Shown: piece after piece, positions 51,539-61,137 of the stretch
Position numbering within the stretch: position 1 is the stretch's first letter
How the letters are laid out: each line of letters opens with the position of its first letter
Notes under the pieces: model-generated
Databases searched by the model: none
Seen by the model: only the letters and a program-made list of their open reading frames with translations
What the model was told of the DNA's origin: nothing
Made by a program: the position numbers and the translations under genes
Source of the DNA: an uncultured Alphaproteobacteria bacterium
Lineage (GTDB): Bacteria > Pseudomonadota > Alphaproteobacteria > Rhizobiales > Methyloligellaceae
Assembly (NCBI GenBank): GCA_963732205.1
Contig: CAVSYE010000001.1
Location: 264,128-328,127 of the forward strand
Length of the DNA stretch: 64,000 nt
Direction: 5' to 3'

Positions 51539-52157
51539 GGTCCTACCCGTCGACCCGACGACCACCATCCGCGCCGAGACATCACAGGCCGACCCCGACA
51601 CGTGCAAGTTCACGGTCAGCCGGACGGTGCATCCGGGTGGCCCGTTCTTTTTCGACAGCAAGGATCGGGCATCCGGCTCGCCCCTCGTCGAGCAACTCTT
51701 CGCCCTGCCGGGCGTTTCCCATGTGCTCGTGGCTGAGACCGTGGTGACGGTTGGAAAGGACCCGAGTGTCGCGTGGTCGGCGCTGAAATCGGCAATCGGC
51801 GGGGCCATCCGGACGCAGTTGCTCACAGGTGTGCCCGCCATCTTCGAGGCTTCTCACAACGCAGGCACGCGGGGCCGGACAGACGGCGAGATTCGTGCGT
51901 CCGTTCAGGAACTCCTCGACCGCGAAGTGAATCGCTCCATCGCAAGCCATGGCGGGAAGATCTCAATCATCGACGTTCGGCACGGCAACCTCTTCATTGC
52001 GATGAGCGGAGGCTGCCAGGGTTGCGCTGCCTCTTCCGTAACCTTGCGACAGGGGTTCGAGGTCATGGTGCGCCGGGTGGCACCGGAGATTGTCGACATC
52101 GTGGACACGACGAACCACGCGGCCGGCGAGAAACCCTTCTACCAGCGCACGGTCTAG
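51531..52157 (+). CDS. Nfu/NifU-type Fe-S carrier
   Basis: Nfu N-terminal scaffold-like domain; SHGG...GGCQGC. Confidence 0.88.
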   Translation: MSEVLPVDPTTTIRAETSQADPDTCKFTVSRTVHPGGPFFFDSKDRASGSPLVEQLFALPGVSHVLVAETVVTVGKDPSVAWSALKSAIGGAIRTQLLTGVPAIFEASHNAGTRGRTDGEIRASVQELLDREVNRSIASHGGKISIIDVRHGNLFIAMSGGCQGCAASSVTLRQGFEVMVRRVAPEIVDIVDTTNHAAGEKPFYQRTV

Positions 52158-52500
52158 GAGACGTCGATGGCGAGGCGAGACATTGGGTCAAGAGTAAGAC
52201 CAATTCCGAGATGCACGATCGGACGACGACGGACGTGATCGGAAAAGCCGCTGGCCGGGAGAGGGGCGAGCGCGCGTTTCGGTACTGCCAACATGACGTG
52301 GGTCATGCCCCTGGGACTCTGCGCTTCGCGGCTGCTGCCCTTGGCCGGAAACTCTTCATCCTCGACCGTGTAGACGCCATGTCGCAGCTTCTCGGACTCA
52401 ACCGCAACGGCGACTACACCGGCGCGGAGCGACATGGCACTGAACGATAGATATTCGTGGGCATTGTACGGGCGAATAGTTTGATAAGGGAGAGGCTCAC

Positions 52501-52860
52501 ATGACCGAAACTCTTGCCCAGAAAACATGCACGCCCTGCCGTGGTGGCATCCCACCACTCACTCATGAGGAAGCCGAACGCTTCCGTGCGCAGGCCTCGG
52601 ACTGGGAACTCCGCGACGACGCTCATCGTATCGAGCGGACCTTCCGGTTCCGCAACTTTCGCGAAGCAGGGGCTTTTGTCCAAGAGATCGGTGAACTCGC
52701 TGAGGCCGAAGGCCATCATCCGGACATCAGCTTCGGCTGGGGCTATGCAACGGTCGGCTTGCAGACGAAGAAAATAAAAGGACTGCACGAGAATGACTTC
52801 ATCATGGCGACTAAGATCAACCAGATTTTCGACCGCTCGACCAAGAGCCCGAGCTTGTAA
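52501..52860 (+). CDS. phhB: Pterin-4-alpha-carbinolamine dehydratase
   Basis: EGHHPD; GLHENDFIMATKI; N-terminal CTPC. Confidence 0.9.
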   Translation: MTETLAQKTCTPCRGGIPPLTHEEAERFRAQASDWELRDDAHRIERTFRFRNFREAGAFVQEIGELAEAEGHHPDISFGWGYATVGLQTKKIKGLHENDFIMATKINQIFDRSTKSPSL

Positions 52861-53271
52861 TCTACTTCGTTAATCGGCGTGCCGGCCAGGCACCGGTCGA
52901 CCGCGAAGAGAAGGGCGGTTATTGGAAGGTCGGCGCGTCACTGACGCGTTGTTCAATGATAGCTTTAAACTTCGTCGAACCGCGCGACGCCGAGCAATAC
53001 ACGCCTGTCACCATGCGAATATGGTGCCGTGCCTGAGCTCAAGGTGCGTGCGTACGTACAACGTCTGCGGGCGAGGGTGACAATTCAGCGCGCTAAGATT
53101 GTAATACCCTCAGTCAATGTCCATATATTTGTCACTGGCGCGGCGCCCGAGGCGCCGTACCAACGACGTGCGGCTCTTTCCCGAAATTCTCAGCAGTCGA
53201 ACCTAGAGCCTCCGGATTCGCGAGCCTGCGAAACAGCGCATGCGTGCGCTGTCACCCCGAGAGGCACTATC

Positions 53272-53754
53272 ATGGCCGCTACCTTCAATTCCCAAGTTGC
53301 CGCCGACCAAGCCCGCAACGCCTACCGCAACGTGACCGCCCAACTCGGTCTCTTAGCTCTCGACACCGCCATTCCCGAGGCCTTAGGAGCCGTTGCCGAA
53401 AAGACCGTGGGCCAGACGCGCGAGGCCTATGACCGCTCCAAGGATGCTCTCGAAGCATCGATAGCGACTTTTGAAAGATCCTTCGATGCGGCGGGGTGGG
53501 GCGCAGCAGCGTTCAACCGTAAAATCATCGACATCGCCCGCCGCAACCTGAATTCCAGCTTCGACCTGGCGACGAGCTTGGCGGGCGCTAGGAACCTCGC
53601 CGAGATCGTGGAATTGCAGGCGGCCCATTGGCGCAAGCAGTTCAGAGCATTGACGGCTCAAGCCGAGGAAGTCCCCGCTTCGACCAAGGTGGTGGCCGAC
53701 GCGGGCGAACCGCTCAAGGAGTACCGCAATGACCATTCCCCATTACGTCAATGA
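53272..53754 (+). CDS. Phasin family protein
   Basis: Ala-rich helical; FNRKIIDIARRNLNSSFDLA...EIVELQ. Confidence 0.8.
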   Translation: MAATFNSQVAADQARNAYRNVTAQLGLLALDTAIPEALGAVAEKTVGQTREAYDRSKDALEASIATFERSFDAAGWGAAAFNRKIIDIARRNLNSSFDLATSLAGARNLAEIVELQAAHWRKQFRALTAQAEEVPASTKVVADAGEPLKEYRNDHSPLRQ

Positions 53755-53992
53755 ACACCAATCGGATCTTCGGGCGATCAAGCCTGGGTGGTATGGGATG
53801 GAGGGCAACGGCAAGCTCTCGTCCGGGCCGTTTCCAAACCAGGAGAGATGCCTCACCGGAATCACTCAGCAGCCGAGAAGCAATTTTCGAGCATCGCCCT
53901 GGCGGCACGCTAACCCAGCGGCCAGGAAAGCGGCCATGGACTACTTGGACTACGTGGCTCACGCGCAAGCTGCCATGGACGCTCAGGACTAG
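53729..53992 (+). CDS. Hypothetical protein
   Basis: 87-aa ORF overlapping the phasin end; GGAG upstream. Confidence 0.45.
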   Translation: MTIPHYVNEHQSDLRAIKPGWYGMEGNGKLSSGPFPNQERCLTGITQQPRSNFRASPWRHANPAARKAAMDYLDYVAHAQAAMDAQD

Positions 53993-54089
53993 AAGAAGGG
54001 TAAGGGAAAGGGAGCCACACAACCGAGCGAAGTCGAAGCAACGAAAAAGCGGACCAAGTCGACGGATCGCGTTTAGTTCAGCTTTTGAC

Positions 54090-54238
54090 CGATGCTGTCG
54101 GAAAAGTCGCCAGCCATGGCTCGGCACGCAACTATAGAATCAGTTACGCTGGAATTTTTAAATCGTTGCGCATCCACTGCTGTTCATTAATCAATGTTGC
54201 CTCGCGCAAGCACCCAAAATGCTTTTTCGACAGCATCG
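54090..54238. mobile_element. 149-bp MITE
   Basis: Terminal IRs CGATGCTGTCGGAAAAG / CTTTTTCGACAGCATCG; AC on both flanks. Confidence 0.7.
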
Positions 54239-54585
54239 ACCGAAAGCGGACATTTCGAGATAAGCGCCAGCACCCTAGCTCCCTTTGGGTAGGGCTCCGC
54301 AGTTGACTCTGGAATGTTTTGAAGCCCAATCGTGGCAGCCCCGGAAGATGGGGGCCATCGGGGCTGCGCATATTCGCATCATGGCCGATAAGCAGCCCAA
54401 GCGCCCAAATCATAACGCCAAAGCTTTAGAAAGCTGGGAAAGTGAGGGCGGCGCTCCTGCGTCGGACGACCGCTCAATTAAAAGGAAACGTTGCGGCAAA
54501 GCACGCGCTGCCAAAATGACGCTAGAGGAACGAAAGGCTTCGGCCCTAAAAAGCTCTTCGATCTCTTGCGTGAAGATGGTCACGC

Positions 54586-54819
54586 TCAGGCGATCCACCC
54601 CAGCAGGCGCGCCTTGGCGTTGGCGGCCTTCCAGGCGCGGGTATGAAACTCGGCTTGCGTCATCGGGGCACCCTGATCCTCTCGGCCTGAATGGGATTTG
54701 GTGAGAAGTTGCTGAGGGAAGGCCGTTGCCCTGTAGTATCTCACCACGTAGCTCGTGCCGGGTAGGGTGACGACGATGTCGTCTCCCTGCACTTCGACGT
54801 GAAGGTCGCGCTTATCCAT
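54586..54819 (-). CDS. Small hypothetical protein
   Basis: 77-aa ORF MDKRDL...AWKAANAKARLLGWIA. Confidence 0.55.
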   Translation of the reverse strand: MDKRDLHVEVQGDDIVVTLPGTSYVVRYYRATAFPQQLLTKSHSGREDQGAPMTQAEFHTRAWKAANAKARLLGWIA

Positions 54820-54874
54820 CATACGCCGAAGACCCGCGAGGTCGCCATTGGCCAGCTCATTATGCACGGCCGAG

Positions 54875-55270
54875 AGCACCTGGTCATTTCCCTGGATCGA
54901 GACGCCAGCCTACCTGGTGCGCGACAATGACCGCGCCTATGGACACGTCTTCACGTCTCGGGTGAGGGCGATGGGTATCCGCGATCGACCAATCTCTCCT
55001 GGGTTGCCGTGGCAGCATGGCTATGCTGAGCGTCTGATCGGCACATTGCGCCACGAGTGCCTGGATCAAGTGGTAATCTTCGGCGAGATGCACTTGCGGC
55101 GAATTCTTTCCGTTTATGCGGCGTATTACAATCAAGCGTGCACGCACTTGGCATTACAAAAGGATGCGCCCTTGCATCGAGCAGTCCAACGATCTGGCGC
55201 CATTGTCGCGATTCCAATCCTAGCTGGACTGCACCACCAATACGTCCGGATATGATTTTCGGAAAGGACA
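54875..55270 (+). mobile_element. 3' part (integrase core) and right end of an rve-type IS
   Basis: YLVRDND, YAERLIGT.RHECLD, YYN...HLAL.KDAP; end ATTTTCGGAAAGGACA. Confidence 0.85.
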
Positions 55271-55279
55271 GGAGGCAGA

Positions 55280-55465
55280 ATGGTAACATGCCCTAATTGC
55301 CAAGGACGAGGATGGGTTCAGGAGACTCAAGTGAACGAGGAGGATGACGGTGTGATTTACGTTCAGGTCACCTGCCCAGAATGTCATGGCACAGGTATGA
55401 TAGAGGAGCCGATCAGAACATGGATGACCCACTGTTTGGAACATGAGGACGGGCTCCTCCGCTGA
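55280..55465 (+). CDS. Mini zinc-finger protein with two CxxCxGxG motifs
   Basis: CPNCQGRG and CPECHGTG; GGAGG RBS. Confidence 0.65.
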   Translation: MVTCPNCQGRGWVQETQVNEEDDGVIYVQVTCPECHGTGMIEEPIRTWMTHCLEHEDGLLR

Positions 55466-55531
55466 ACCTTGCAGCCATTCGCCTTCCAGCCTCCACTCCT
55501 GTATGTTTAGCGCAAAGTGCGCAGGCGACCG

Positions 55532-55798
55532 ATGGCAAAACTCACGCGACAGCTACTCAAGCTGGCCAAGGGTGGAAATGAGGAATGGTGGAGGCTTGTT
55601 TTCGATACTGAGGCCCAGCGCCTTTATATTGAGCACGAATGGAGCCATACGGACGCGTGGCGAGCCTCCCGTTCAAAGAGCGGGACTGCGGAGTTTGATA
55701 TCAATGGTTTCCTGGCCGAGGGTGAAGCGCCTGCTCAAGCAGAGCTGCAGCGAATTCTCGAGAGCCTGTTCGAAAATGGGGACGGCGAGAAAGCCTAA
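55532..55798 (+). CDS. Hypothetical protein
   Basis: 88 aa, protein-like composition. Confidence 0.55.
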   Translation: MAKLTRQLLKLAKGGNEEWWRLVFDTEAQRLYIEHEWSHTDAWRASRSKSGTAEFDINGFLAEGEAPAQAELQRILESLFENGDGEKA

Positions 55799-55807
55799 AG
55801 GCGCCAG

Positions 55808-56613
55808 GGCTTTGTCACGTTGTCGGCGTTCAGTTGCGGTGAATGTAGCGGGCAGCAGGCATCATGCAGTGGCGGATGCCCCAGCCCAAGTGCGGAATGA
55901 AGCGGCGCGAAGCTCCTTGAAATGCGGTCGGCGCAGTAGATGACGTTGATGGGTGAAGGCGTTGAATGTGGCGGCATGGGTGGCGAGGAAACGTTGGGCT
56001 GAGCCGGGTGATTTGAACCGCTGCAGTTTGCGTTCTCGGCGGCGTATTGGCTGATGCGAGTTCTCCGCCCTGTTGTTTGCTCGCAAGCCCGATCGTGCTC
56101 AGCCGTGAGTCCGATCGTGCGGAACGCTGCCGGATAGGATCGCAGCCGGTCGGTCACAACCCGGCTCGGCGCGAAGCCGTGCTTCTTAAGCAATTTCACC
56201 ATGAGTTTCTTTGCGACGTGTGCATCCCGTCTGCGCTGGACGAGGAAATCCAACACCTCACCCTCGTTGTCGACCGCCCCCCAGAGCCAGTATTTACCGC
56301 CGCGGATCGAAATCACCATTTCATCGAGGTGCCAATGATCGCTCGGTCGCGGCCGCGAACGGCGGATATTCGCCGCGATCGACGGCCCGAACTTCAGGAA
56401 CCAGCGCCGGACCGTCTCGTAGGATGCGTCAATACCTCGCTCGGCCAGCAATTCCTCGACATCCCGAAAGGACAGTGTGAACCTGGCATAGAGCCAGATC
56501 GCGTGGCGGATGATTTCTGGCGGGAAGCGGTGGCACTTAAACGATATCGGTCTCATCCGATGATGCTAATCGGTGACGAACCGCAGAGCTATCCGAGTTA
56601 CTGTGACATTGCC
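55808..56613 (-). mobile_element. IS6-family element (806 bp), transposase frameshifted at ~56085
   Basis: IRs GGCTTTGTCAC / GGCAATGTCAC; HRFPPEII, WHLDE, NNRAENSH in a second frame. Confidence 0.92.
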
Positions 56614-56644
56614 GTCTTACTAGTCGCCTCCCCGGCCCCTCTCG

Positions 56645-56730
56645 AAGCTTTGACCTGGCTAAGAACCTAGCGGGCGCCAAGAACCTCGCCGACATCATGG
56701 AGCTTCGTGAAGCGCAATTAACGGTGCTCA
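56645..56730 (+). pseudogene. Phasin internal remnant
   Basis: FDLAKNLAGAKNLADIMEL resembles the 53272 phasin. Confidence 0.6.
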
Positions 56731-56817
56731 CGCAGACCCGCTGCCGCAGAAAGCCTGTTGCGCACACGCTCCTTACTGCGGATAGTCCTCCTTCCCCACC
56801 AAAAGAGGTCCCCGTCG

Positions 56818-57324
56818 ATGTCCCTCTCTATGTACCAGGCGTCGGTCCCGGCCTTTCTCCAAATGTTGCACAATCTTTCCACGATCTTAGACAAAGCAGA
56901 GGCCGATGCCAGGAACCGCAAGATTGATTCCGAAGTCCTGCTCAATTACCGGCTTGCCCCTGACATGTTTCCGTTCGTTCGCCAGATTCAGATTGCAGCC
57001 GATCTCGCCAAGGGAGCCGCTGCGCGGCTTGCGGGTGTGGAAGTGCCGAAACATGATGACACAGAGAAGACCTTTGCCGATCTCAAGGCGCGGATCGCTA
57101 ATACGGTGGCGTTCGTGGAATCCATCCAACCTAGCGACATTGACGGCTCTGAGGGTCGGGACATCACCCTAACCCTCGGTGAACACACGTTGAATTTTAA
57201 AGGCCAGCCCTATCTGTTGCATTTCGTGCTGCCCAACTTTTATTTCCACTGCACCACGGCCTACGACATCCTGCGGCATTGTGGTGTTGAACTGGGCAAA
57301 CGGGATTTCGTCGGAACTATCTGA
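56818..57324 (+). CDS. DUF1993 family protein
   Basis: RLAPDMFP; PNFYFHCTTAYDILRH.GV.LGKRDF. Confidence 0.9.
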   Translation: MSLSMYQASVPAFLQMLHNLSTILDKAEADARNRKIDSEVLLNYRLAPDMFPFVRQIQIAADLAKGAAARLAGVEVPKHDDTEKTFADLKARIANTVAFVESIQPSDIDGSEGRDITLTLGEHTLNFKGQPYLLHFVLPNFYFHCTTAYDILRHCGVELGKRDFVGTI

Positions 57325-57440
57325 ACCAGGCGCAAGGTAGGAAGAGGGCATGCCCACCTAAGCCGGCGCGGGTTATTCCATTCCACCTGTTGACTGACCG
57401 TCGGTTGGATGCGCTGGCCGCCCTTGTGACAGCGTTCGCG

Positions 57441-58172
57441 CTACAATCCCCAGCCGGTGACGGCGAGGACCTGGCCGGTAATGCCGGCGGCGGCTGGTGA
57501 GGCAAGGAAGAGCACGGTCTCGGCGATGTCTTCGCGCTTGGTCCAACGCTTCAGATCTTTCGGTTTCATCGCGGCAATGTTGGATGCCGTGTCTACCAGC
57601 CCTGGCGCAATTGCGTTCACGCGGATACCGAGATCTCTTCCCTCGAGCGCAAGCGTGCGGGTAAGTGCCTCAATGCCTGCCTTGGCGCAGTTATAGGCGA
57701 CCATGTTGGCCTGAGGCTGGCCAGCCCGTGCGAAGTTGATGATGACACCGGTCCCGGCCGCTTGCAGATGCGGGAAAGCTGCGCGCGAGGTCAAAAACGC
57801 ACTCAACAGGTTGTTGTCGACCTCCGAACGCCAATCATCGAGACTGTGCTCGACCGCACTCTTATAGCGGCTGAGGCCTCCTGCCAGGTTCACCAGAACG
57901 TCGATCCGGCCGTATTCACTTACGGTGCCGTCGATCAGCCGCTGGACCTGGCCCTCATCGGTCAAACACCCAACCATGGCGAACACACGGGCGCCTGCGT
58001 CTCGCAGCTCTTTGGCCCGGGCTTCAACGTTGCTTTGTTTGCGCGCACAAATCGCCAGCTGAGCGCCGTTTTCTGCCAGCGCCTTGGCGACGGCCTGGCC
58101 AACCTGTCCATCGCCGCTCACGCCCGTTATGATGGCCACTTTGCCTACAAGATTGGTCTGCATGTCATTCAA
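57441..58172 (-). CDS. SDR family oxidoreductase
   Basis: AIITGV.GDGQVG; YNCAK. Confidence 0.88.
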   Translation of the reverse strand: MNDMQTNLVGKVAIITGVSGDGQVGQAVAKALAENGAQLAICARKQSNVEARAKELRDAGARVFAMVGCLTDEGQVQRLIDGTVSEYGRIDVLVNLAGGLSRYKSAVEHSLDDWRSEVDNNLLSAFLTSRAAFPHLQAAGTGVIINFARAGQPQANMVAYNCAKAGIEALTRTLALEGRDLGIRVNAIAPGLVDTASNIAAMKPKDLKRWTKREDIAETVLFLASPAAAGITGQVLAVTGWGL

Positions 58173-58239
58173 TCCGGTGCTTACTTATTATAGCGCAAAG
58201 AGCTGACGTTTCGAGCATCAGCCCAGCGTGCCGGAGTAA

Positions 58240-59178
58240 ATGATGACCACGGTCGTGGTGTTCGGCGGTGCGGGTTTCCTCGGTCGGCGATTGGTGCACC
58301 GCCTAGCCACCGAGGGCATGACTGTACGCGTGGCTGTGCGGCATCCGGATCCGGCGCGGATTGAGCTGCGATGGATGGGTTTCGACCGGGTCACGGTCGT
58401 CCCCGCCGATGTGCGCGATCAAGCCTCTGTCGCCGCCGCCATTGCGGGAGCTAACGCCGTAGTCAATACGGTCTCGGCCTATGTCGAGAAGGGTGGCGTG
58501 ACCTTCGAGGCCGTGCACGTGCAAGGGGCCGAGACCGTAGCGCGGGAGGCAGTCGCGGCAGCCGTCGCCCGCCTCGTACTTGTCTCCGGCATCGGCGCGG
58601 ATGCCGATTCAGGGTCCTCTTACATCCGTGTTCGAGGACGCGGCGAACAGGTGGTCCGGCAGGAGTTTCCAGGAGCTACGATTGTTCGCCCAGGCGCCAT
58701 GTTCGGTCCAGGCGACGCCCTGTTCGGCACGCTCGCCGACCTCGCCCGGCTGCTTCCGGTGCTGCCGCTGATTGGCGGCGGCCACACCCGACTGCAGCCA
58801 GTCTTTGTGGAAGACGTGGCGGAGGCTATCGCCAGCATACTCACCGACCCCCAAACCGTCGGCCGAACCTACGAGCTTGCCGGCCCCGGAGTGTACACGC
58901 TGCGCGAGCTGGTCAGGATGACGCTGCACCTCACGAGGAAACGGCGACTGCTCATACCAGTGCCCTTTGCGCTAGCCGAGATCCAGGCGCGGCTGTTCGA
59001 GCTCCTGCCAAACCCACCGCTCACCACCGGCCAAGTCGATCTTCTCAAGGCGGACAACGTCGCGAGCGGTGCCCTGCCGGGTCTCCGGGAGCTCAATATC
59101 CAACCGAAAACGGTCGAGGAGGTAGTGCCGACCTATATTGGCACTCGCGCACTAGGATCGGTGTTCAGACATCGATGA
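58240..59178 (+). CDS. Complex I NDUFA9-like NAD-dependent epimerase/dehydratase family protein
   Basis: GGAGFLG; LQPVFVEDVA; YELAGP. Confidence 0.88.
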   Translation: MMTTVVVFGGAGFLGRRLVHRLATEGMTVRVAVRHPDPARIELRWMGFDRVTVVPADVRDQASVAAAIAGANAVVNTVSAYVEKGGVTFEAVHVQGAETVAREAVAAAVARLVLVSGIGADADSGSSYIRVRGRGEQVVRQEFPGATIVRPGAMFGPGDALFGTLADLARLLPVLPLIGGGHTRLQPVFVEDVAEAIASILTDPQTVGRTYELAGPGVYTLRELVRMTLHLTRKRRLLIPVPFALAEIQARLFELLPNPPLTTGQVDLLKADNVASGALPGLRELNIQPKTVEEVVPTYIGTRALGSVFRHR

Positions 59179-60153
59179 CCACCCGTCCTCGCGTTTTTCC
59201 CGCGAGGACTTTGGCCGCCAAAGCCGGCACGTCGTCGAGTCTCGCACGTGACGTCATGCTGTTGAGCTTTCCGAGATCGAGGTCCGATGCCAAACGACCC
59301 CAGGCCTCTTCGCGCTTCTCGCGCGGGGTCAAGACCGAGTTCACACCCGCAAGCGTCACGTCGCGTAGGATGAAGGGGAGGACGGTCGCGGGCAGGTCCG
59401 ACCCTTGTGCCAAGCCGCAAGCCGCCACCGCGCCGTCGTATTTGATCTGCGAGAGCACGTTGGCGAGGGTTCGACTGCCGAGCGAGTCCACCGCGCCCGC
59501 CCAGCGCTCCTTGGCCAATGGGACCCCAGCTCCGGAAAGTTCGCGAGCATTGATGATTTCATCCGCGCCGAGTCCTTGCAAGTAGTCGCCTTCCTGCTCA
59601 GCCCGGCGGGAGGAGGCGACAACGCGATAACCGAGCTTGTCGAGGAGCGCGATCGCGATCGACCCCACCCCAGCGGCAGCACCGGTCACGAGCACATCGC
59701 CCCTGTCCGGCGTGATGCCTGCCGTTTCCAAGGCCAGCACGGAAAGCATCGCGGTGTAGCCGGCGGTGCCAATCGCCATGGCTTCGGCAGTCGAAATGTT
59801 CTCAGGGAGCCGGATAAGCCAGTCGCTCTTGACGCGGGCCCGCTCGGCGTAACCGCCGTGGTGCACCTCGCCCAGACCATAGCCGTTCAGCACGACGCGA
59901 TCGCCACTTGGAAGTGCGGGTCCTCCGAGCGCAGCACCTTTCCGGCCAAGTCGATGCCGGGGATAAGCCGGAATTTGCGGATGATCGGCGCCTTGCCCGT
60001 AATCGCGAGGCCGTCCTTATAGTTCACCGTTGAGTGCTCGACCGCTACGGTGACATCACCCGCCATGAGATCAGCATCAGTCAGCTCGGTGACCGCCACG
60101 TTTTGCCGGTTGCCCTCTTTGGTCACCAGCAACGCCCGGAACTTGTCAGCCAT
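59165..60153 (-). pseudogene. Second YhdH/AcuI-like MDR oxidoreductase, -1 frameshift at ~59905
   Basis: Collinear with 43541-44530; one A missing at TTC CAA (A)GT. Confidence 0.88.
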
Positions 60154-60371
60154 GTCATCTTTCCTCAGCGCGGCGCCCGACCACTTAGGAGACAGTCGTA
60201 TCCGGTGATTACGTGTCAACGACTGACCCGACGCGGACGCTTGGAGGGTGGCGCGCTCGCCGAGTGTCGCGCGTTTACCCATCCACGCACAAACCTGCCC
60301 CCGTCGGCCTCGGCCGGGGCCCGTCCTGCTGTTCGCCGCTCAGCTAGGTTGATGTCGGAGGATCCTCGAAT

Positions 60372-60587
60372 CTATTTAGTGCCACGCTTGGGGGGCTGTT
60401 GAGCGCTTTTGCTGGCGTCGCTACCTTCCATATGGCCCATCTGCTCTTTGCCGGTCTTCTCTAATTTCGCTTCCTTTTGGCCAAGGTCGGCTGGTGGCTC
60501 ATCTCGCATAGCGTCTTTGGTCGGCTTAGGTTCTTCCCCTTCGCACCTACTAACAAAAAGACAGCAGATTGATCGCAGCAGGTTCAT
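60372..60587 (-). CDS. Small hypothetical protein
   Basis: 71 aa; GGAGG RBS. Confidence 0.5.
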   Translation of the reverse strand: MNLLRSICCLFVSRCEGEEPKPTKDAMRDEPPADLGQKEAKLEKTGKEQMGHMEGSDASKSAQQPPKRGTK

Positions 60588-60877
60588 GCTTCCGTCCTCC
60601 AATAAAGGAAACGCGTCTCGAGCGCGTCAGTGTACACGCACCATTTGCAGGCTTTCTTGGACTGTCTTCTTCTCAGATAGCTCATCACGCTTCGGCGGAA
60701 GGCGCGGGAGACTCCGCCGCGAGCCGGGTAGTTAGCGCCCCGTCAGCTTATGGCATACACACCAAGCGGAAATCGTGATCGGGTGCTGCCACGTCAGCAA
60801 GTGACCCCTTCGCACGTCGTGCGCGACAGCCCCGAAAAGCAGCCATAGCGAGCTCAAGCAGACCTTTAGGAGGCAGC

Positions 60878-61114
60878 TTAGTGCGAAGCTGCCGCGGCTA
60901 GCGCCTTCTTTGCATCGATGCGGATTTGTTCCAATTCAGCGAGTGCATCATCCATAAACTCATCGATTTCCGCGTCGATCATCAGATGTGCTGAGATTGC
61001 AAGATCCGGAGCCCGCCTGAGAGCGCTCGACTTCACATAGATCTGCACGTAAGTAGCGGTGCCAGTTTCGTGTTCGCCGCCACCGCGATGGAAACCGAAC
61101 TTTCCCTTCGTCAT
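60878..61114 (-). CDS. Small hypothetical protein
   Basis: 78 aa; GGAG RBS. Confidence 0.55.
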   Translation of the reverse strand: MTKGKFGFHRGGGEHETGTATYVQIYVKSSALRRAPDLAISAHLMIDAEIDEFMDDALAELEQIRIDAKKALAAAASH

Positions 61115-61137
61115 TCCAGCAACGCTCCTTTCAGGAG

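Noticed and set aside
53029-53271. N-terminal extension of the phasin ORF
   Set aside because: Not phasin-like; the ATG at 53272 has a GAGG RBS and gives the expected size.
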